Assembly (NCBI GenBank): GCA_033442325.1
Contig: JAWQFM010000025.1
Location: 154,566 to 172,152 of the forward strand
From: Salpingoeca rosetta
Taxonomy: Eukaryota > Protista > Choanoflagellata
DNA: 17,587 bases
Direction of reading: 5' to 3'
Shown in pieces: positions 9,265-17,587 of the stretch (position 1 is the stretch's first letter; each line of letters starts with the position of its first letter). Made by a program: the position numbers and the translations under genes. The notes beneath the pieces were generated by a model. The model saw only the letters and a list, made by a program, of their open reading frames with translations, made no database searches and was not told where the DNA came from.

Positions 9265-10909
9265 CAAGAAACCAAAGAAACGAAAGTGTGTTCCGCCACA
9301 CGTGTCCCCCCACTACCAGCACGGCAATGACTTGCAGCTGGCAGAGGACAAACAAGTGGACATGTGTGGGAATGGTGCTCCGGTCTCGCAAACGATAAAT
9401 AGTGACACGACCATGGGGTTATAAAGAGGGCCGGGCACTGAGTGAAGTTTGCTTGTGGGGGGGGGAATGGAAGAAGGAAAGGAGGAAGCGAAGCGAATAG
9501 GGCAAGGGGGAATGGGGGAAAGTAAGGTGGCACTATGTCACACACACACACAGACACACACACAGACACAGACACACACACAGACACACCTGTTGGTCGT
9601 GTGGCTGGGTCCTTGACGAGGCATGCTGCGACAAATTCGCCAAACTGGCGGGAAAACCGGGCCGGGCCGTCGAGCTTTGGCGGCGCCCCCGACGCAAGCT
9701 TGAACAACACCTGCTCATCGTGTTGGTGGTGGTGAAGAGGGATGGGGTTTGGTTGGTGAGGGGACTGTGCGGGTGGCCCTGGGCAAGCTCCATCATGGTG
9801 ATGCCAAACGACCACACGTCGCAAAGGCTGTCGTATTTCGCCTTGCGGTCGTGCTCGCAGACAATCACTTCGGGTGCCATCCAGTGCGGGCTGCCAACAA
9901 ACGTGTTGCGCTTGGCGCCGTCCTGCTTGTTGAAGGCGGATACGCCAAAGCCCGCAAGCTTCGCCATCCCGTCCTGCGTTCAATTTCAACATGGTGCAGT
10001 GGGTGCAATGGGCAGTTGATGTGAGAAGAGAGGGATGACGAGGTCGTAAGGCAAGCACAGACAGCGTGGACGCATGCGGTTGGCACAGCGAACTCAGGCT
10101 CCTTACACCGACAGACGGACGCATGCGCAAGCACCATGCACACAGACGCAACGATACGCACACAAGTGACGAGGGTGTTGCTGGCGTTGATATCGCGATG
10201 GATGACGCCGCAGCCATGCAAGAAAAGCGGATGCCCTTGACCATCTGGTGCGCAATGCACTCCATGGCATCCTCAGGCAGGCCCGTCCTGTGGTTGACAG
10301 CGACAGCATTGAAGAAAATAGGATGGCAAGACGTAAGCGGTTGAAAGGCAAGGCAGTGGAATGTAATGAGTGGTAATGAAGCACCTGAAGTGTGCCGACA
10401 CATTGGACAAGAAAGAAGAATAGGGATCAGCGTGCACATGCCCACGCTCAACCATCAAGCGAACACAACAGGAAACCAGCTGTCTCACACGTACGGTTGC
10501 TTCTCGACGTATCCGGCAAGGGATCCGGCATCGCACACTTCCAGCAAGATCCACAGCTCGTTGTTGTTGTAGTACGCATCTATAAAGTTTGTAATGTTCC
10601 GATGTCTGCGCGTGCCAAGCGAACAAGTACAACGTGAGTGTCAGCTTGGCAGTGCATCAACAAAGAACGGTCAATCGTGGAGGCACACGATGTTATCATG
10701 CTGCTCGTGCGTTAGTGGGCCTGGTCGCTGGGCGTTGGCCACTCACTTGCAGGACGTTAGGATTTCAATCTCCGTGGCAAAGTTCTGTAGCTCTTCCTGG
10801 GCTTGAATAGGGGCGACCTTGGCGGCTGCAAGCGCGCCCGTGGCGCGGTTTCGTACCTACATCCGCGGGAAGGGGGAGAAAGGGGAGAGGAAAAAAAATG
10901 ACATGAGAA

Positions 10910-11022
<113 letters not shown>

Positions 11023-11268
11023 GACATTGACAAGCTCGCTCCGACGTTGCCATAACAATGAGCACGAACGCAAGAACGAAACAAAGTTGGCGCCAACACA
11101 CGCATGCACACACACACACACATACACGGACGCACACATACACCCACTATCAAACCTTGTGCACTTTTCCATATGATCCTGAGCCCAGGGTCTCCTGCGG
11201 CATCCATGTGTTGATGGGGCTCTCCTTCTCCCAGTGACGTGACGAAGCTTTCCACCCCCAGCACCCAT

Positions 11269-11475
11269 CCTGGTGTTGGCGTGACAGGCAGAAGAAAGAA
11301 CGGTGTGCGTGTATCCGTCGTGAGTGAGCTGTTGTGGAATATCATGGGAAGATATTACAGATTATCAGCAGTGAGGCGACATCTCACTGATCTCAACCCA
11401 TCCAGCCAGCACCAAACACACCAACGCGCTCCAGCTCACTCAAGCCTTTCTTCTTTTCTTCTGCCTTCCTCAGTC
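11269..11475. promoter_or_regulatory. Putative compact bidirectional promoter (kinase pseudogene / receptor B)
   Basis: 207 nt separate the divergent ATGs; the region contains two short spaced inverted repeats. Confidence 0.4.
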
Positions 11476-14400
11476 ATGCAATGGCCAATGACAGCGGCTG
11501 TGGCCATGCTGCTGGCGTTGGTGGTTGCCACCACGGTGGCCAGTACACAAGCACGCTTATCCATCGCAAAAGCACAAAACGATCAGGTGTGCTGTGGTGG
11601 TGGCGCATTTTAGCATTTTGTTTTTCTTGTTTGTTGTTGTCCTGCTGTCCTTGTGTACTTGTTCGTTTCGTGTTGTAGTGTAGTAGTGTGTATTGATTCA
11701 TGCAGAATGCATGACCTCGGTCCCATCTTGCCCCTCTCCTGCATACCAACGCGCACGCTGTGGCATCTGCTCACATGCTTGCTTGCAAGCACCTTCACCC
11801 CAATGCCGTTCTGATAGCTGTGCTCTGACGTGCACGGGACACTGGACAGCATGGTGCGTGTGCTGGAAGTGCACGACGTGCCGTTCTTCCCCAAGCACGG
11901 TGCCAACAACAAGGGGAACAGCAGTCGCAATGACACAACACCTGCAACTGGAAACACAATGACACGCGAAGACATGCTGCCCTCCTTCCTTGTGGACCTA
12001 TCCCCGATTCACCGCATGATGGCCGCATTTGGGTGTGGCGATCGAAATGGGGACGGTAGCAGGGAACTGGAGCTGCTTGAGAATGGAGAACACAGGACAC
12101 CTCCCGCTCCATCAGGTACAAGGTCCACCAGCACGTACGTGGAGGAGAGGGTGAATGCCATCCGCCGCAACGAGACCATGCTGCCCTTGCAACAACAGTC
12201 ACAGTCGCAACACAGTCGTGTGCGACGGAATGATGACCCTGAAGTGCAGGCAGGGCAGTGCACGCTGGCGAGCGTGATCAACGGCACGTGTCCTGGCATC
12301 GACAACAATTTCAGGCTCACTATTACTGTGCGCGAGGAGGACCGTGTAGACGACAACACGGATGCTAGCGGGCTACGTGCCATCTCCAGCTTTGTGGTCG
12401 CATTGGCCGTGAAAGGGCACGTGCAGGAAGCGCCGCTGAGGTGGATTGTGAACAATGGACGGTGGACAGTGTGCCACATAATTACCTTGGATGGTGTGCG
12501 GTTTCCGACGATGCAATTGAGCATACTCAGCCCAATGGCACACGTTGGCACGATTTTTGTTCAAAACAGCAAGTTGCTGCGTGCAGTGGACGCAAAGGAC
12601 TTCCAGAACGCGCAGAGAATCGCAGCACTTCACGTGTTAGACTGCTCTCTGACATCTGTGCCTGATGTTTCTGGCATGACGTCGCTAAGTCTTCTCAACT
12701 TGCACAACAACCGCATTCGTCGCATCGCAAAGGATGATTTTAAAGGGCTGACGTTGCTGGAACAGCTGCTTCTCAGCGGGAACCGCATTTCTGAGATTGA
12801 CCCAGCGGCATTTGGTGGCCTTTCACAGCTGACCAAATTCGTCTGTGTTGCCAACGACCTCAGCGCCATCCCCTCCAGCCTGTTCCATGGTCTCACGAGC
12901 CTGAATCTGTTACAGCTGCAGCAGAACCCAATCACGAAACTCGACGCCGACGTGTTCGCTGGACTGACCATGCTGGATGATCTCACCCTCGAGGACATGC
13001 TCCTCACCAGCTTGCCACCCACACTCTTCCGAAGCACCACCCGCCTTGTTCGCCTCGGTTTGGCGCGAAACTTCATCACGTCCCTCGATGAGACTGTCTT
13101 CTCCGGCCTGTCATCGCTGGAGCATTTGCAGATCTTCAACAACCGACTGACATCACTGCCACCGGGCGTGTTTAAGGATTTGACGGCGTTGACATTTCTT
13201 GACTTGGCAAGGAACGAGCTGACTTCCGTGCCTGACGACCTCCTGCAATTCAGCATGCGTCTTCTCGCATTCTTTTGCAACAACAACCACTTGACCGTCC
13301 TTCCAGCCAACCTGTTCGCCAACAACCCAGGACTGTTTCAGGTTAACTTGGCGAACAACGCTCTTCACTCCATCGACAACGTGTTTGTATCGGCACAGCT
13401 ATCTTCTCTTCGGTTCCTCGACCTGAACAACAACCGACTGACCCAGCTGCATCTTGCCAGAGAACTATCTTCACTTCATCTTTTTGATTTGAGCGACAAC
13501 CCGATGCAGGAGCTGCCAGATGTCACGCTCACGCCTGCCCTGAACACACTCCGGCTACAAAACCATGGAATCAAACACATGGACTTGGTGCCACTACTCC
13601 GTCTGCCCAGCCTCGAAGTGCTCGAGCTTGATGCTCTCCCACAAGCGAATTCCAAGGCAGTGTTGACGGACACCAACGTCGCCGACATTGCGCCGCTGTC
13701 AACCCTCAGCCTTGAGAACGTCGATATCAGCACCGCTGTCCCATCACTTGCCCACCTTCCGTCGCTCAGCCTACGCACGCTCCACGTGGGCTGGCCGGGT
13801 GCCAGTAGCCATGAGCTTCCAATTAACACCGTGTGCAAGTTGCTGAAAAGCAGCGTGCGTGAGCTTCGCATCGCCAACACGGACTACCGAGCCATTGAGC
13901 TGTGTCCCGACAAGACGTTCGACTCACTCCTTCTCAACGACAACCAGCACCTGCAATCCATCACCGTCCATAATCCGCTTCGAGAGCTGAACGTGTCACG
14001 CTGCACCCAGCTCACATCCATCGATGCCCCTCCAATCGACATCTTCGACATCAGCAACACCAACTTCACGCCATCTGGTGCGCTTTGCACGCGGTGGGGC
14101 ACACGTATTCTGTTCGCCCGCAACTTGGTCGGAGACATCGATATACGACAAGCTGCCACGACTGCACGCAACTGCCTTGAGCGAGTAGATGTGTTGGATC
14201 TCTCTGGAAACACTTGGCTGAGCCACGTGGCAGAGGTGAATCGCGTGACGGAGAGGGAAATCGTCTTGTCAGATGAAGAGTATTGGACGGCGGACTTCGT
14301 TGTCCTTCTGTTTCGCCCCATTCCTCCCATCCTTCAGCTGACTGATGCGCCTATCGAGTGTGCCCTTAAGCTGTCAAACCAGGACTTGCGGCCTCGAGCT

Positions 14401-15300
14401 AATACGGTTCTGTTGACTCCCCAGATCGTGTTCTCCTTCCACTGCACGTGTGCCCGCGGCTTCAAGATGACGTCAGGTGGCCAGTGTGTGGTGGACAACC
14501 CAGATGTTGCCGGCATTGCCGCTGCCTCTGTGATTGGCGGGCTGTTGTTTGGCCTGTTTGTGGCGTGGTTGTCACGCCGCTACCGTGGCCTCACCAAGCG
14601 CATCGGGCTGCAGGAGCAGCTGTTGGTGGAGATGGACGAAGAAGTGATGGCGCTGAAGAAGGCGTGGGAGATTGAGTACAATGAGCTGAACATGATCAAG
14701 CGGGTTGCTGCAGGCGCATTTGGCGTGGTGTTCAAGGCAGAGTGGGACACGGTGATGGTGGCAGTCAAAGTGCTGCAGCAAGGGGTGATGATGTTTGACG
14801 AGAGCACGGTGTTGGAGTTTGAGAAGGAGGTGGAGTTTCTGCAACGGACACGGCACCCGAATGTGGTGCGGTTCTTTGGTGCGGGCACAGACCCCAACGG
14901 CAGCCCTTTCCTGGTGCTGGAGTTTGTGGCCATGGGGTCCTTGAAAGACTTGCTGGGGAAGAATATGGGGGAAGTGTTGATGGGGGTAGAGCAAGGGGAG
15001 CAAAGTGGTGAAGACATTGCAGGCGTGACTGCACGGGAAGAGGACGAGTTGACGTTGGTGAGCACAGAAAGTGACAGAAGGGCTGAGACGATGACTGTGT
15101 GGGAGTTAAAACTGCGGTTGCTGCGTGACGTTGCCAGTGGGATGGCTTTTATCCACAGCCTCGACCAAATGCACCGGTGGGATTGGTGTGCGTGCGTGCA
15201 TGTATGTGTGTGTGTGTGTGCGTGTGTGATGTGTGTGTATGTGTATGACGTGTGTGTGTGATGTGTGTGTGATGTGTGTGTTTGTGTGCCTGCCTGTGCG

Positions 15301-15381
<81 letters not shown>

Positions 15382-15888
15382 GTGCAGGCACGTGCTTCTT
15401 GCTCACGGTCTAGTACCCACAACCACTGTCACACTCAACAACAACAGAGACCTGAAGAGCGGCAACGTGCTGGTATCTGCTAACTTGCGCGCCAAGATCA
15501 CGGATTTCGGATCCATTCGCCAGTGCTTCACACGAGACAGGAACCAGCACCAGCAGCGCACTCGTCTGTCATCCAGCCATAATGATGATCCCCAGTACAG
15601 CAAGCAGGCCGGACTACAGACGATGACCAGCATGACGCTGACGGCTGGCGTGGGCACGCCGCTGTACATGGCGCCAGAGGCATTGACGGGCGACAAGTAC
15701 AGCTTTGAGGCAGACATTTTCAGCTTTGGCGTGCTCATGTGGGAGGTGGCGACACAGCGTGTGCCGGATTTGATCGAGCAGGAGAAGGGGAGCGGGTACC
15801 GTGGTCCGATCCTCGCCACACTCTTCAACTTGATGAAGGATGGGAAGCGGTTGCGATTTGAAGACAGCGAACAAGATGGTGAGTTGGT

Positions 15889-15922
<34 letters not shown>

Positions 15923-16006
15923 CAGGGTGTGTGTGTGTGCAGGTGTGTGTGTGCAGGTGTGTGTGTGTTTATGTGTGCTTGGATTGCTTGCTTGCACGTC
16001 CTCTCT

Positions 16007-16043
<37 letters not shown>

Positions 16044-16153
16044 CCTTTACAGCCATCCCCGAGTGGTTCCAGTCACTGACGTACAAGTGCATGGCGCAAG
16101 ACCCGCGTGAGCGGCCATCGTTCGGAGAACTCAAGGACCACCACTTTGCTTGA
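11476..16153 (+). CDS. LRR receptor protein kinase B (TKL group), 4 exons: 11476-11586, 11818-15176, 15448-15878, 16053-16153 (1333 aa)
   Basis: Signal peptide MQWPMTAAVAMLLALVVATTVASTQA. Introns 11587-11817, 15177-15447 and 15879-16052 have equivalent positions and the same phases as in gene A. About 14 LRRs, EGF-like CTCARGFKMTSGGQC, TM from 14506, and all kinase catalytic motifs intact. Confidence 0.9.
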
Positions 16154-16218
16154 TTGTGCGTGTGTTTGCATGTGGGTATGTGTGTGTATGTGTGTGTGTG
16201 TCCGTGTGCATGTGTGCG

Positions 16219-16259
<41 letters not shown>

Positions 16260-16464
16260 ATGTGTGCGTGTGTGTGTCCGTGTGCATGTGTGTGCGTGCG
16301 TGTATGTGCGAATGTCTTAGATTCGTTTGTCTTCTGTCTTAGCATGTCCTCGAATGAATGTACCGTCTTGTTGTTCATCGATTCTTTCGTGATGGGTCCA
16401 AGCCATGTGATACGAGACAGTCAAAAGTAAACATGAAGAACCCCTTGCCTGAAAGCACAGCGAG

Positions 16465-16542
<78 letters not shown>

Positions 16543-16561
16543 CACATGCCAAGCGCAGCTT

Positions 16562-17322
16562 CTATTGCTTCTTTGCGTACTTCTTGACGTGCTTGTCGTA
16601 ATCGCGTTTGGTGAGTTCATGCCCCCAATGCAACAGCGTCTGACGTACGACGGGGCCCACGCGCGTGTCGTCGAATCTCCCCGATGCGCGCATGATCTTG
16701 TTGCACAGATTGATGCGCCACCGCCCTGTCGATGTGTGTGTGTTTGAGTGTGTGTGTGTGTGTGTGTTTGAGTGTGTGTGTGTGTTTGAGTGTGTGTGTG
16801 TGTGTGTGAGTGTGTGTTTGAGTGTGGATGTGTGAGTGTGTTTGAGTGTGGATGTGTGAGTGTGTTTGAGTGCGCGAATGAGAATGAATGTGAGTAAGAA
16901 GATTAAGTCGCAAACACACACACACACACACCTGTTTCTCCAAAGCACTTCTTTGCTCTGCTGATCTGGCGCGCGTCATCGCTGCTGCGACGGCCCAGAT
17001 AAAACCGGCAGTACCTGAGCGCGTGGATGGTAAAGGGGAGGTGGAGGTGGACGCGGAGGTGGACGATGAGGGGTGGAGGTGGAGGTAAGGAAGGGGAGCA
17101 GGCAAAGACAAGGGACACAAGCCAAAACGAGATGTGTAAGGTTATATTTGTCAAGATGTGAATGCGCACAAACACACACACACACACACACACACTCATG
17201 TTCACGCGTGCGTGCGTGTGTGACCGGTGATCAATTGGGCACATGGCGTTGTTGTACGCTGCATGTTCGAGCACACGCCTCACCACTGAAACCAGCCAAA
17301 CGGGTCGATGTTGCTCATCCAT
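16562..17322 (-). pseudogene. 5'-truncated DPxGWFQWYCRFY-family gene, copy 2; exons 17322-17284, 17014-16932, 16725-16562
   Basis: Exon sequences and splice sites match copy 1 at 6881-7620. Confidence 0.75.
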
Positions 17323-17350
17323 CTATACGAAGAGCAAAGCACGCGATAGT

Positions 17351-17433
<83 letters not shown>

Positions 17434-17506
17434 GGTGGGATGTGTGCACACATGCGTCTTTCAACTTTACACTTACTCCCCCACTGCTCTTCCAAGACGC
17501 ACTCAC

Positions 17507-17540
17507 CACTTTGGCAGCCATAAAGTATGCATCCGTGATG
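17507..17540 (-). pseudogene. Partial copy of the STE11-like exon (ITDAYFMAAKV) at the duplication breakpoint
   Basis: Identical to 7915-7948; similarity stops abruptly after 17540. Confidence 0.75.
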
Positions 17541-17587
17541 ACGAGGCCCCAGACGCGTCTTCTTCGTCACATGAGCAGCAGCAGCCC

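Larger units (their letters stand above)
14506..17540 (+). repeat. High-identity direct repeat, copy 2
   Basis: Aligns to 4873-7948; the shared sequence ends at ...gtatgcatccgtgatg. Confidence 0.9.

Noticed and set aside
9317-9337. Possible 21-nt phase-1 micro-exon in the kinase pseudogene
   Set aside because: The acceptor is plausible but the donor is weak and the peptide has no homology support.
8874-10451. 525-aa minus-strand ORF as a single gene
   Set aside because: It runs through introns and microsatellites; only two short segments are in the true kinase frame.

Overview
Eukaryotic, intron-containing DNA. The (CA)n/(TG)n-laden GT-AG introns and the gene content suggest a choanoflagellate such as Salpingoeca rosetta (inference). 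The window holds two tandem, same-strand, 4-exon LRR receptor kinase genes (A 1816-6466; B 11476-16153). Their architecture is signal peptide, prodomain ending in RxRR, Cys cap, about 14 typical LRRs, degenerate LRRs, EGF-like motif, TM, coiled coil and a TKL-type kinase. The ectodomains are colinear but strongly diverged, whereas the kinase exons, their introns and about 1.4-1.5 kb of 3' flank are nearly identical in a patchwork pattern. Head-to-head with A is a secreted 7-repeat beta-propeller gene broken by a 7-nt insertion. Head-to-head with B is a degraded tandem-kinase gene (SLK/STK10-like STE20 domain followed by the start of a STE11/MAP3K-like domain). It is joined out of phase, through a long (CA)n intron, to the last three exons of an unrelated conserved gene (DPxGWFQWYCRFY family). 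This chimeric tail is duplicated behind B. All exon structures were read by eye and need RNA-seq confirmation.
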